Source: Octopus vulgaris (lineage: Eukaryota). From it: a stretch of 64,000 bases of DNA. This document shows positions 1-15,565 of this stretch, one piece after another. The position numbers and the translations under genes are program-made. Within the stretch, counting starts at the first letter, position 1; each line of letters starts with the position of its first letter. The stretch is from contig OX597818.1 of the NCBI GenBank assembly GCA_951406725.2, forward strand, positions 32,240,001-32,304,000, written 5' to 3'. Under the pieces are notes generated by a model. The model saw only the letters and a program-made list of their open reading frames with translations. It did no database searches and was not told where the DNA came from.

Positions 1-56
1 ATCTATCTATCTATCTATCTATCCTATCTCTCTCTCTATCTATCTATCTATCTACC

Positions 57-87
<31 letters not shown>

Positions 88-115
88 GTGCCTACCTACC
101 TATCTAACTGTCTAT

Positions 116-147
<32 letters not shown>

Positions 148-160
148 TTATCTATCTAAC
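1..160. repeat. (TATC)n / GATA-type tetranucleotide microsatellite
   Basis: Interrupted ATCT run read directly; a similar run lies at 20925-21030. Confidence 0.95.
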
Positions 161-764
161 TATTTGTCTGTCTCTTTGTGCATCTGTGTATATGCATGTT
201 TATATGTGAATTATACATAAATGTGTGTGTGTGTGTGTGCCAATCTACTTTGCAATATTTTCTCTCTTATCTAGTATTTCTCGTGCAGTCAAATTTCCAC
301 TAACCCACCCCATCTCCCTCTCTCACTCTATGTATATATGTATGGTATGCAAGTATTTGTATATCCGTATTATATGAATCTGTACAACGGTTAAGTATAT
401 AATATATATGTACGCATGTACCTCTGCCCCGCATGCTTTCATAGTCGGGCAAGTCCACGTTTATGCACTGTGAAGTGGAGCAAACCGAGTTCATTTTACA
501 ATTACTGTTTAAAGTTTACTTTGAAGTATATTTTAGCTTCATCTACACTCGAACCCTTTTAGTTTCCAATGAATTTGTGGTGATAAATCTGCTTCAAAAA
601 TCTTGTAAAACATCTTAAGTTACCGGCACCTCGGTTATATATACCGGACAGTGTTCAGGTGAAATCAAGTTGAATACTTCCGTCATTTTTCTTCTATATT
701 TGTGCACAATATACATAATATACGTGTGTGTCACACGTAACTACACATACACACACACAAATAT

Positions 765-1006
765 ATATACGCTCCCTTTTCTATATTTATTATGTTTGCA
801 TTATATATAAATGTGTATATATGTGCATGTATGTACATGTATAATACATCAAACCATATACGTATATGTATATATTATATGTATGTATATATGTGTATAT
901 ATATGTGTACCCATATGGTTTAATGTATATACATGTACACACATGCACATATATACACATTTATATATATTGCAAACATTACAAGTATAGAAAAGTGAGC
1001 GTATAT
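765..1006. repeat. Long imperfect inverted repeat (arms about 95 bp, spacer about 50 bp)
   Basis: 765-860 (ATATACGCTCCCTTTTCTATA...AAACCATAT) matches the reverse complement of 912-1006 at roughly 90% by eye. Confidence 0.9.
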
Positions 1007-1080
1007 GTATTATGTTACTGTTAATTTCAATTACTCATATATTTAACTTAATGTGTTATAAATTCGCCATACTGCGTGTT

Positions 1081-1770
<690 letters not shown>

Positions 1771-2440
1771 GTATATAGACAGCACAAAATATATATGAGT
1801 GTGTACCAATGGACAGAAATGTAGACTAACTTGTGATAACTGGAGTAACAAAACAAGACCAATTTAAAACACAGACATATTGTCACACGAAATTAAATGA
1901 TAATTAAAATCTTCCCACGAACTCGGAAACGTCAAATTTCAAAATAACGGAATTTGTGATGTTGGTAGGTTGGTTGGTTGGTTGGTCGTCCCGTGTTTCA
2001 AATTCAACTGCAAGCATTTAAGCATTTGGCAGCCACCGGTCGTCATGTCATTTTAGCAGCTGCAACAGATAAATCTTGGGCTGTGTCACATTTTGCTCAT
2101 GAGCATACATGTATATTTTCGCATGCATTAATACTAAATATTATCGGGTTATCAAAAGAGACGGACTTTCTGAAGATATTCTGTTTGTTTCTGAATAAAC
2201 GAGGAGATATGCACAAACATGTTTGTGCGAGCGCACACACGTATTTAAGGCAGCAGAAGTGAGAGTCACTCGAAGTCCGGGAGTTTCGTGCTTTGACTCT
2301 TCATAAATAATAAAATATATATCCAAATGTTTGTATCACCAAAACAGTCTGTTCGTCTAATCTATCTATTTAATCTGTCTCTCCTTCTCTTTCTCTCTCC
2401 CCCTCTCCCTCTCTCTCCCTCTCCCGCTCTTTCTCTCTCT

Positions 2441-2489
2441 CTCTATGTATTTCTGTCTGTCTGTTTGTCTCTCTCTCTCACTATGTATT

Positions 2490-2522
<33 letters not shown>

Positions 2523-2563
2523 ATGTATTTCTGTCTGTCTGTCTGTCTCTCTCACTATGTATT

Positions 2564-2606
<43 letters not shown>

Positions 2607-2637
2607 ATTTATGCACACACACACACACACACACACA
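2441..2637. repeat. Minisatellite CTATGTATTT(CTGT)n(CT)n x4, followed by (CA)n
   Basis: CTATGTATTTCTGTCTGTCTG recurs four times at about 35-40 bp spacing. Confidence 0.85.
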
Positions 2638-2689
2638 TTTATACTCTCATATTTACTGATATATAAAACGGCTATACCGATCCAATAAT

Positions 2690-2890
2690 AGTGGCTGTAT
2701 AAGGTCGCTCGATGTGCTAGAAATAACAACCAAATTTCCTCAATATCACACCCCTCTGCATTAAAAGGAATGTATGCATTGAATAATTCAGATTTACATA
2801 GCTAGTTATTTAAGTATGACAGCATGGTCACATAATTAAAAAAACCTTTGATCACTTGTCTGCATGATGAAAGCAGAAGGGCTGACTAAA
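2690..2890 (+). mobile_element. Old interspersed repeat family E (retroelement tail-like), degenerate copy
   Basis: GCTAGAAATAACAxCCAAA..TCACACCC..ATGGTCAC..CCTTTGATCA..CTAAAC recurs at 8003-8350, 9400-9790, 11820-12005, 17790-17950 and reversed at 59490-60170. Confidence 0.65.
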
Positions 2891-3173
2891 CAAAACAAAA
2901 AAAAAGAACAAAAAAGAAAACAAAAAAGATTCGAAACAAAAAAGAACCAACTAGAAGGAAAGCAATGAATATTACGAACGAAATTCTGTGTATGTACGTG
3001 AGTTCTGTGTGTGTATATGTCGGTGCAGGTGCTTGATATAAACATAATAACGTTGCGTCATCTTGAACGAAGGAAAAATGAACACCAACTTGTAAACTTT
3101 CGGCTACATTGTGTATAGTATATATAAAATACAGAATACACAGTAAACACACATTCCGTATCGCACACACACA

Positions 3174-3322
<149 letters not shown>

Positions 3323-3330
3323 TATACATA

Positions 3331-3519
3331 CCGTATTTTAACGTGTATAAGGAACCCTTGTGTATATAAGGAACCTTCTAATTTTGGGGGCTTAAAATTT
3401 GGAGAAAAAAAGGTTTTGTAAGGGTTTATAATACTAACCATGTATAAGAAACTCCCATATTTTTAAACCTAATTTTTGATAAAAGAGGGTTCCTTTATAC
3501 ACGTTAAATTAAAATATGG
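3331..3519. mobile_element. Non-autonomous Tc1/mariner-superfamily MITE (Tc2/pogo-like ends)
   Basis: TIRs CCGTATTTTAACGTGTATAAGGAACCC / GGGTTCCTTTATACACGTTAA(ATTAA)AATATGG; TA on the left flank; internal copies of TGTATAAG(G/A)AAC. Confidence 0.8.
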
Positions 3520-4214
3520 TGTATATATTGTGTGTGTGTGTGTACAAACATGTGTGTGTGTGTGTTTAAAAATACTTTGTTACGTCTCATTCACATCCTC
3601 AGGTGGTAGAATGATCGCTTTGCTTGCTAGTCGTACCGGGGACTGATTCCTGGATTCTCCTGTAAAATATATTTTAAGAATATATACGTGTATATGTATG
3701 TATATAATGCATGTTCATGTAATATTATATATATATGTGTGCGTATGCATAAAATATATTCCAGCATCTAGCAATGAAGTGACTGCGTTTTGTATTGATA
3801 TGTGGCCCCCAAAGTATCAGTTGAGATTTCGTCAAATGTGTATACATATCTATTTGTGTGTGCATCAGCATGTATGTATATGTACATGTGTGTGTTTCTT
3901 TATATATATATATATATATACATATGTATATATGTAGAAATGTGAGTGCGTGTGGTGAGTGTATTTCCATTTCTTTCTACTTCTATAAAATTTTTAAACA
4001 TATCATGTATGTGTGTATATATGTTTATGAATATATATATATATATATATTTGTGTGAGTGTGTGTGAGTGTGTGTGTTTGTGTGTGTATGCCGGATTGG
4101 TGTAATATATTTTTCATCCCTTGTAGCATCCATCGCTAAAGTTCTTTAAGAAGTCTTTCAACGAATCTGTGTACTCAAGGAGATTATAATTCAACATTCT
4201 GCATACTGACATAA

Positions 4215-4299
<85 letters not shown>

Positions 4300-4504
4300 C
4301 ACACACGGACACAGTCATGTGTTTGACTATTGATGCGAAAGTATTTATTGCAGCAGTAATATCGAACATCCTTCACCAATATTGGAGAATTCCGTAAAGC
4401 CGGTTTCATTAAGGGAATATTTCTGTGTAAGGCTTGCACGCATCAGTGGCCATTATCACAAATAAATAACCAGATGTGTGTGTTAGCCATCATTTTGATT
4501 TGAC

Positions 4505-4535
<31 letters not shown>

Positions 4536-4880
4536 CAAACACGTGTGCACACACATACTCACACACACACATGCACACGCGCGCGCACACATCATGCGCG
4601 TGCACAGCAAATATACTCTTCTATATAGAGCCACTCTGTATTAAAAGGCACAAGACGTCATTATGTACGGAAAACCTTGCTTGTATATTGCGCGCGTGTG
4701 TGCGTGCGTATGTGTGCGTGCGTATATATGTGTGTGTTTGTGTGTGTATGGATATATCGAGCATATGTGAAATAATAGTGTTTTTGAATAAAGGTCCTCG
4801 AAGCTCACCCTTGTTTACAAACACTTCTTCATAAGTATATATGCTGTGCTTCGAGAACAACTATTCCAAAACAGCTTCAT

Positions 4881-5320
<440 letters not shown>

Positions 5321-5579
5321 TATAATGTGCGTGTGTGTGTGTGTGTGTGTGAAGAATGAGAGATTGGTAGTGTAAAATCCACTGTAGTAGTACTCGATGA
5401 GTATCATACTTATTGATCCCAAAATGCTGACTTAAGTGAGTTTTGAACTCACAACGCAGAGAATATAAACGAACTCCACAAATGAACGAAACCGGTGCTC
5501 CAACAGCTCTGCCGATTTGCCGCTTTGAACACACACACACATGCGCGCGCGCACATGCACACGTATGTCTTTTATATAA

Positions 5580-6817
<1,238 letters not shown>

Positions 6818-7253
6818 GAGTTTACTATAAATCATTCATATTTATAGGCACGCGTGTATGTCTGTCTAATTGCTTGTGTGCGTGTATGTATCTAGTTTAG
6901 CTATCTGTGTCTGTCTGCTTAACAAGTATGTTACCTTTAAAGAAACGTGTTAAATGTTTGATAAGCTTTATTCATCTGTACGCTATTCCTTGCCTCTGTC
7001 CATCACTTCTTTATCTAAAAATCTCGTCTTCCTGTTAAACCATCTGTCCTTTCAGTTTGCCATATTTTTGTTTTGTTTTCTTTCGACTATATCTCTAAAT
7101 CTCAATATAGAGCGTATTTATCATGTAAGTCTTTGTAATTAATTTTACTCCTAGTTTTTGCTGCTGTTGCTGTTTTAACTATTTAATTAGCTCCGATTCG
7201 AGAAAGTATATATCTTTGATCAATGATGTCTCCAGCTGTGGCCATCTAGTCTT

Positions 7254-7476
7254 CTCTTTCTCTTTCTCTTTTACTCTTTTACTTGTTTCAGTCATTTGAC
7301 TGTGGCCATGCTGGAGCACAGCCTTTAGTCCGATCAAATCGACCCCAGGATTTATTCTTTGTAAGCCTAGTACTTATTCTATCGGTCTCTTTTTTTTGCC
7401 GAACCGCTAGGTTACGGGGACGTAAACACACCAGCATCGGTTGTCAAGCGATGTTGGGGGGACAAACACAGACACA

Positions 7477-7560
<84 letters not shown>

Positions 7561-7719
7561 TACGACGGGCTTCTTTCAGTTTCCGTCTACCAAATCCACT
7601 CACAAGGCATTGGTCGGCCCGAGGCTGTAGTAGAAGACACTTACCCAAGGTACTAACCAGTGGGACTGAACCCGGAACCATGTGGTTCGTATGGAAGCTA
7701 TTTACCACACAGCCACTCC
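7254..7719 (-). mobile_element. SINE family A, full length
   Basis: Reverse complement aligns end to end with 56523-56957; internal (CA)n(TA)n. Confidence 0.92.
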
Positions 7720-8002
7720 GACTCCTTTTATGTTTATCATTTTTTTACTCTTTTGTTGTTTTCTTTTATTTTGTGAGTCCTTTCTTCGTCTACTTTTATT
7801 AGATAGGAGGAATACTTGGCTGCTATTTCTAGAAAAACCGGGCAACTAAGCAAAGAGAGGGTCACTTATTAACTCCGCTTAGTATGTTCTTTTGTTATGG
7901 GTTGAGGGAAATTAAACGCAAAATATCAGATAAAATTTATACAAGCGCGCGCGCACACAAACACACACACACATACACACATGCAAAGAAAGTACTCCAT
8001 AC

Positions 8003-8100
8003 TGTCGCATTGCCGGCTAGAAATAACAGCCGATTATCCTTCAATTCACACACCCTTACATCTTGAAAATAGAAAATTCTCTTTGGATAATGTACATGTG

Positions 8101-8131
<31 letters not shown>

Positions 8132-8350
8132 GGGAAAAAGACTGGATAGTCACGACTGGAACGGCCTTGATCCCAAGCGTGTGTGATCAGGGACTGTTCG
8201 GGAGATAAACAATTACGTCTCGAACGAACGAGAGTTTCTGCGGTGTCGCTCAGCCCAACTAGAAATAATAGTCAAATGTCAAACCCTGATATCTTAAGAA
8301 AAAAAAAAAAAAAAAGGACACATTGATTATTAAAACGTCAGATACAGTAC
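8003..8350 (+). mobile_element. Family E, two tandem degenerate copies
   Basis: CTAGAAATAA(C/T)AG motif twice, each followed by an A-run. Confidence 0.6.
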
Positions 8351-8366
8351 AGAGAAATATTTGCAT

Positions 8367-8406
<40 letters not shown>

Positions 8407-8454
8407 TGTGTATGTATATATGTGTTTATGTGTATGTATATGTGTATATGTACA

Positions 8455-8597
8455 TATATATGTGTATATGTATATATTATATATGTGTATATGTATATAT
8501 TATATATATATGTGTATATGTATATATTATATATATATGTGTATATGTATATATTATATATATATGTGTATATGTATATATTATATATATGTGTATA

Positions 8598-8625
<28 letters not shown>
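8455..8625. repeat. About 27-bp TA-derived minisatellite
   Basis: ATATATGTGTATATGTATATATT(AT)n repeated about six times. Confidence 0.85.
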
Positions 8626-8628
<3 letters not shown>

Positions 8629-9114
8629 AAATACACACAGACAAATCCATGTCTTATGTGCACACATACATAGACCTAGGTATACACATACACAACTGCA
8701 CTATTTGCGCGCTCGCACACTCACAAACACACACGCGCGCACACACACACACACTCATTTCACTAACTCGTACACGATGAGAGGGGGAGAGAAAGAGGGA
8801 GGAAGAGAAGAAGAAGAAGGAGTGCGGGGGGGGGGGGGGAGAAAAGAGGCAGCACGCGCGCACAATTTGTCCGGTCACTTTTTCTCCTTTTCTCTCTATT
8901 TCCCTTTCTCTGTTCTACAAGCAAAAAAACCTCGCTTTCGGATGCTTCCATAACAACGACGTCCAACGCTGCTCAGTTACGTCTTCTTTCCAGAACAGCA
9001 TCATCATCATCGTTGCACATGTTCGGAACGACTTGCAACACATGTTTTTCTACTCTCCTTTGTCCAGTAAAATTAGTCAGTCTGTCTCTCTGTCTCTCTG
9101 TCTGTCTGTCTGTT

Positions 9115-9152
<38 letters not shown>

Positions 9153-9282
9153 GCTTTTCCCTTGGTTCACACTCACACACATACACATTCTTTATGCCTA
9201 CCCAAATATTTCCAAGACATTAACTCTCAGGTCTCTCTCTCTCTTTCTTTCTCACTTTCTCTCTCACAAACACACACACACA

Positions 9283-9320
<38 letters not shown>

Positions 9321-9802
9321 CTTATACAAATGCAGGATCGTATCTGCAGCAAAAATATCAAAACTCTCGTTGCATTTAGAAAGCAACTGTCATGGTGAAA
9401 GTTATTTTATATAAATAGCTGTTTCCCCTCTGCCCTTCTGTTTCTTATCTCTCACCAGTATCCTTAAAATATCTTAGTTGTATTGTATAATACAGTCTCT
9501 GATATATATATTAAAAAAAAATTTAAAAAAAAACATGTGATGGTCATGGCTAGATCGCCTGTGATCTTATATCTGTTTCACCAGGGCTGATTGGTCAGTT
9601 TTAAGGTGCGACGATATGTTAAAAATAGCAGCAACATCCCAATCATACTCAGCTGTCTTATATATATATAAAAAACGCATAGAATAATATAGTGCAGCGT
9701 ACATTGTCTAAAATTTGACGATGATGGTCATTTCTGGAACGACTTGTATCGATCATATCTACTTAAGGTCAGGATCGATTGGGACCAAAAATATTGTTAG
9801 GG

Positions 9803-10066
9803 CTTTACTCTTATTCGACGCGGCAGCCGCGGGCTGGAAGAGGCCTCAAGACAGGCTCTGCCCCAAGTTGACTACTCATGATTAGGCAAGATCTTCAGAG
9901 GCTTAAAGTCACCTTAGAGGATGCAGGGGGGTGGGGGCTAGCAAGGGACTGCCAGCAATGGATAACACTGGTGGACCTGGTCGGATCTATGCATGATGAC
10001 CTCTCTGGACCCCCTAACCTAGGATTACCCTTGCCCCATCAAACAAGAGCTTGAAGCAAGCAAGCA
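9803..10066 (+). mobile_element. 5'-truncated RTE-clade LINE 3' end (decayed ORF C-terminus)
   Basis: Hand translation with one frameshift: LFDAAAAGWKRPQDR / S*LLMIRQDLQRLKVTLEDA..LARDCQQWITLVDLV..RA*. This fits the RTE pattern KRPRGRP..W..DL..A.DR..W; (AAGC)n tail follows. Confidence 0.75.
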
Positions 10067-10079
10067 TATGGTTAAGGGG

Positions 10080-10615
10080 GCAATACCATCAAGCCAAGTA
10101 CTTCATTGGTACTAGTTTTTTTCTTATTAATCCTGGGGTGTTGAAAAGCAGAGATGAACTTGGCAGGATTAGTAGTGTACTAAGAGCACAAAGCGCCGGA
10201 ACAAACACCGCGAGAACATTGTTTTTTACGCTCTAATAATTCTGCAAGCTGACAACCTTTTAGTAATGATTTTAGGCACGCAAGCCTAGAAGTTTTTAAG
10301 TAGAGGGAATAAAACATTCTAATCTGTTCCAGTATTTGACTGGTACTCTTAAAACATTTTTTCCAGGCGCTCTAAAGATCTGCCAGTTCGAATGTTGTAA
10401 TAATCATCTCCAGTAAAAGGCCTGAAATTTAGTGGGGTGTAGGCTAGTCAAATACATCAAATCCAGTGCTTAAGTGATACTTATTTTATTGACTCTGAAA
10501 GAATGAAAAACAAAGTCGACTTCGATGGAATTTGAACTCAAAAAGTAAAGCCAAAAAGAAGTGCCTCTCAGTATTTTTGTCCGATCTGCTAACGATTCTA
10601 GCACCTCGCAATCTT
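10080..10615 (-). mobile_element. Three degenerate SINE family B copies in tandem
   Basis: Degenerate versions of the reversed B motif GGTACTTATTTTAT..GAAAG..GGAATTTGAACTCA. Confidence 0.65.
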
Positions 10616-10629
10616 CATTAATAATAATA

Positions 10630-11020
10630 AATCTTTCTACTCCATGTACAAAGTCTAAAATTTTGGGGGAGGGGATAGCCGATTACATCGATCCCACTGT
10701 TCGGCTAGTACTTATTTTATATCGACCCCGAAATATTGAAAGGCGAAGTCAACCTCGGCGGAATTTGAACTGAGAACGTAAAGACGGGCAAAGTACCTAT
10801 TTCTTTATTACCCACAAGGGGCTAAACACAGAGGGGACAAACAAGGACAGACATAGGTATTAAGTCGATTACATCGACCCCAGTGCGTAACTGGTACTTA
10901 ATTTATCGACCCCGAAAGGATGAAAGGCAAAGTAGACCTCGGCGGGATTTGAACTCAGAACGTAGCGGCAGACGAAATACCGCTAAGCATTTCGCCCGGT
11001 GTGCTAACAATTCTGCCATC
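10630..11020 (-). mobile_element. Dimeric SINE family B element
   Basis: Head+core+tail1 (about 10796-11020) joined to B-box+core+tail2 (about 10630-10795); same junction as 46782-47162. Confidence 0.85.
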
Positions 11021-11472
11021 TCAATCACCTTATTTAATAACAATAATCCATATTCTAGAAATAAGTGCATTCTTAAATGTTTACTCCTATCTCTTTCCTC
11101 TTCCTTTTTCAATCTCATTTTTCTATCCTTCATCACTGTAAAATCTGTAAATTTCCATGTTTGCTCAGCCGTTTGTGGAGTTGTTGTCTTGATGCATGCG
11201 ACGTCTTTGGCTTGGGACTATTATTATTTCTTGCCTTGTGAACAAATAGCAAATACTTTATTTTCAGCATTAGCTTATTCTGTTGTTATAGGGTTACATA
11301 TTGTTTAGACTGTACGTGACCTTAGACTGATTCATTTAATTTAGAAAATGCTCTAGGTTCAGAACCGACATTATACCCACTTTCCGTGTGTGTGCAACTA
11401 ACAAACAGGATTATGTGATGCTGGATGAAACACGTGCACGTGCCTATTTAAACGTAACCTATGATTATCATT

Positions 11473-11778
11473 GTGAAGGCGCGTGGCTTAGTATTTATGG
11501 TGTTGAACTCACAATCGCAAGGTTGTGATTTCGATTCCCGGATCGGGCGGTGCATGAGTTCTTAAGCAAAACACTTCGTTCCACGTTGCTCTGCGATCAC
11601 TTTGACATCTGATGTGTGTTTGCGGCACACTGTTCATCCACACAGGCAATGTCGATTTGGAGGTAGCAAGCTAATGATCAACACGCACATTTGATCGCTA
11701 TAGACAAACCGTCCGTGATGGTTATCTAGCATAAAGTTGCTGAAACCTCATCTATCCTTTACGACAAAAGGATCCACC
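11473..11778 (+). mobile_element. tRNA-derived SINE with D-type head, its own tail and a 12-bp TSD
   Basis: GAAGGCGCGTGGCTTAGT..TTTCGATTCCCGG..TTCTTAAGCAAAACACTT; ATGATTATCATT at 11461-11472 and 11779-11790. Confidence 0.85.
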
Positions 11779-12414
11779 ATGATTATCATTATCGTTGTGA
11801 TCAGCGTCGTTATTGCCCTTTTAGAAACAGCAGCCTAATATCCCTTCAAACCACACTTTATTATTTTCAAAAAAAAAAAAAAAAAAGAGAATACACCGGA
11901 CAATGTAGTCCTGGAAATAGTTTTAGAAATAAACATGAAATGGTCTTAGTCGGATCGCTATCATAATCATTGATCTGCTTAGTCAGAACTAATTTGGGTT
12001 CAAACAGGATCAATTTTTTACCCATAACCAGTGTCATCATTTATCTCGAAATTATCACCTATCATCATCCACCATCATCATTATTAGTGAGAGGAGCGAG
12101 CGCTGTATATTATTAGTAAAATGAACCCCGTGTAATCCAAATATGCAAATCGTTGTTTGATTCTCAGTTATATGAAAACATAAGCATTAACTCATTGACC
12201 ATTTCAGAAATAGATAATCGAGTGTTGCAAATACGAAAAAAAAAAATCATCAGCGTATTTGATATTTTACTCAAAGTCTCTGAAATCCTGTCGGATTCCA
12301 CATCAGTGAGATTAGAACTCAAAAACGAGGAAGATAAACGTAAACGTTTGCAAAACAATTTATTGTAACGTTGAGCTGCCCATCTTCGTTACAGGGCAAT
12401 AAAATAAACCAATC

Positions 12415-12700
12415 TACTGCAAGCACAAGGACTACAATTTTGCCGGAGGAGATCTTGTCAATTATGTCGACTCCAGTGCCTAATTAGTACTTATTTTATC
12501 GACCCCAAAGGGATGAAAGGTAAAGACGACTTCGGCGTAATCTGAACTCAGAACGTAAAGACGACTTCGGCGTAATCTGAACTCAGAACGTAAAGACGAC
12601 TTCGGCGTAATCTGAACTCAGAACGTAAAGACGGACGAAACACCGCTAAATATATTGTCCGGCAAGCTAACGGAACGTTTCTGTCAGCTCACCACTTTTG
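12415..12700 (-). mobile_element. SINE family B with internal 35-bp triplication
   Basis: B core reversed; GTAAAGACGACTTCGGCGTAATCTGAACTCAGAAC x3 from 12520. Confidence 0.85.
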
Positions 12701-14639
12701 AGGATAATAAAATAATAATGGAGAATATTAGTAAAAGAACTATGGAAAGTTTTTTTATTCTTCACATAATGAGTAAATAGAATCGAATGAAAAGTCTGGT
12801 TACATATTTTCAAACTCTATTTGCGTCAACAGAAAAACTGATAGCAAAGAAAAAAAAAATAATAAAGAGGAAACAAACAATATTAAATCAATAATACTTG
12901 TTTAAAAGCCGACATTTCTGTTAGAGCCTTCTGAATACGTTAAAATATTGGCTTCTTACACAAGCCACCTTATGTAAGAGTGAAGTGAATTGATTGCATT
13001 GATTTTACGAAATGTAAAAATCCACCCTGTAGGATTTGAACTCATAGCCCGAAGGAATAAAACACGATACTGAAGTGCATTTAATGTCAGTCCTAGTAAA
13101 TATCCCCACCACGCAATGAACGCATTAAATCGATTTGCTTGGTTTTTTTTTATGCTTTGCTATTTTAGAATAAAAATATTCTAAAATATTAGACATAAAG
13201 TTATGTAAATCTTTTTAAGGAAATGTACCCCCCATCGCCAAATAATATAGAACAAGATTCTTTCTTGTGAATCATAAGAATTCATAACGCTGATGGTGGT
13301 GCTTAACTCCAGATTCCAAAGTGCTAAGTGGAGGGAGTAAGATGAAGAGAACACTAATCTTACAGCACGAAGCTTTGCTCTTAGAATATAAAATTTGACA
13401 GCCGGATGCTTATTCAGTAGAACTATGTACACTTAAGTGCCTTGCCTTATACAATGAAACACCTGCGGCAGGGTTGACTCACAGCCTATAAACTGCAATC
13501 AATACTTTAATTATCCACTCGATTATTACACCTTTAAAACAAATCGCAACGGGCCACAGAATTAATAAGCAAGACGATAATATTATGTTCACGATATTTC
13601 AAAGAATAAATAAATCTTCTGTTTGATCAAGAGATTGCTACCATTTCTGTATTTTATGCTGACAGTATTTGCATGCAAACATTTAGATTTCGTCTTATTA
13701 TACATTCATTATAAAATGATCTAATCCTTGATTTTTGTTTCGTATGAATGAAAGCAAACACTACAACATACAGCTGTTATTGCGGTTATCGATTTGTAAA
13801 AGTACAAAGTCATCTCGGCTCGGAGAGATAATTTCAGTTACATAATAATGTATTTCCTTTCAAATAAAACTCAATCATTGTCACTCACATTTCATTACGA
13901 AGGCATCAAATGCGTGCTTAAGTGTAAAATGACAACATTGTGTATAAAGAGAAGAAAATACACGAAAAGGACAAAAATAGAAGAAAAGCTAAACTAAATA
14001 CAACAGTGGGGTTGGCATGTTTCGATCAGTATTGCGTTATTGATTTTGGCTTTAAGCCAAGTCAGCGATGATATTTTAAACGTAGATTATGAAAACATCA
14101 CAAAATCTTGCTTCTCGCATACGATAGCTAGTTAATTCACACTTGATGTCTGCATGTATAGATAGCATAACATTTAACTTTGAAAAGAACCGGTGTGGTA
14201 CAAACATGTGTGCATTTGAAAACGCATCATATTTGTTGTGTATACACAAACATACGCACATACAAAAAAAGCGGTGATATACCCGAGAATTGAATAACTG
14301 TAAATAGTGAACTGTGTGCACGTATTTCTTTTATTCTATTTTCATCTGAATTTTCTTTTTACTACCTTTTCTTTTTTGCGATGGTAGTGCAGCATTGTAG
14401 CATGATCGGCAAAGTCGTCATGGCGCGGCGTGAGTCCTGTAAGAAGGACACTGGATTGCAAAATTAGAGGAACGCTTGCCGTATTGGTAATTAATTTAAT
14501 TAGATCTCTTTTGTGATATGACTTCCTATTTGGGTGGGATCCTTCGCAGGCCGATAAAATTAGCCGCAATTAAGTATTAGGATCAATGTTTTCATCTCTA
14601 CTTCCCACCACAAAATGATTGGACTCCATGCCATGTTAG

Positions 14640-14870
14640 AAATCTTTAACGTCAGCAAGACGTGCCAAAAGTAGTAGAATAGAAAGCCGATTAAGGTTTC
14701 TTCGGACTTCTTAATATTCTCAGTTTAAATTCTACTGTTGTCAACTTTGCTGTTCATCTTTATGTAACCGATAAAATAGAACTCAGGCAAATAGGTATAC
14801 TGGAGACGATTTTATTGTCGAGCGCCCTCCCACAAGAAATGCGTCCTTGTGTCAGTAGAAGAAATGACCA
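14640..14870 (+). mobile_element. Degenerate SINE family B
   Basis: CAGTTTAAATTC..GTCAACTTTGCTGTTCATC..CGATAAAATAG. Confidence 0.55.
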
Positions 14871-15565
14871 TTGCTTTAGATAGTATCAGGAAATAAAGCA
14901 GTACAATTGCGAAGCAAATGCTTTCGGTATTCTACAGGAAGGCCAGTTATGTTCCAAGTTCAAGGACTTGATGTTTGATGTAGTCTGCTTAACTACGTGA
15001 GTGTATATTATTTCAATATTTGGGCACAGTGAAGGCTTTTCTAAGGGTTTTTTTTGTGCAGTCATCGTTAGCTGTTTTTACTATACTTGATGTTTAACCG
15101 TATATTTTCTTTACGTCTGACTGCTATGGATTTCTGTAAAGAAAAGTTAACCAGCCTGTCTGTATTCTAGCTGGTTCTGTATTAAAAATCAGATTGAGTT
15201 ATATAGTATATTCAGTGATTTTTAAAGGCGTTGTAAGGAAATTTGGGGGAAATTTTTAATGCGTATAGAAATCCTTATATGCATATACAAGTCCTTATAC
15301 TGGCACTTTAACACTGTCACAGATTTAAAAATACATTTTAGAAAGGCAATTTTAAAAAAATACATTGATAATTTAAATGGATAATTAGAAAACACGATCA
15401 GCATTATGAGTAAATAAGTAAATATACATTTTGCTTTTGTGCAACTTATAATAATTTTTGTTTTCATAATATGATACTTACAGGTAAATGAGATGATAAT
15501 AAACATGTAGTTTACGGCCAGTAAAAATTTTGCTGTTGTATCACACAGCTGGCTGGTCAATATAT

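Noticed and set aside
12520-12633. CRISPR-like array (35-bp repeats; also the 164-bp array)
   Set aside because: The repeats abut with no unique spacers, derive from TE sequence, and there are no cas genes in this eukaryotic context.
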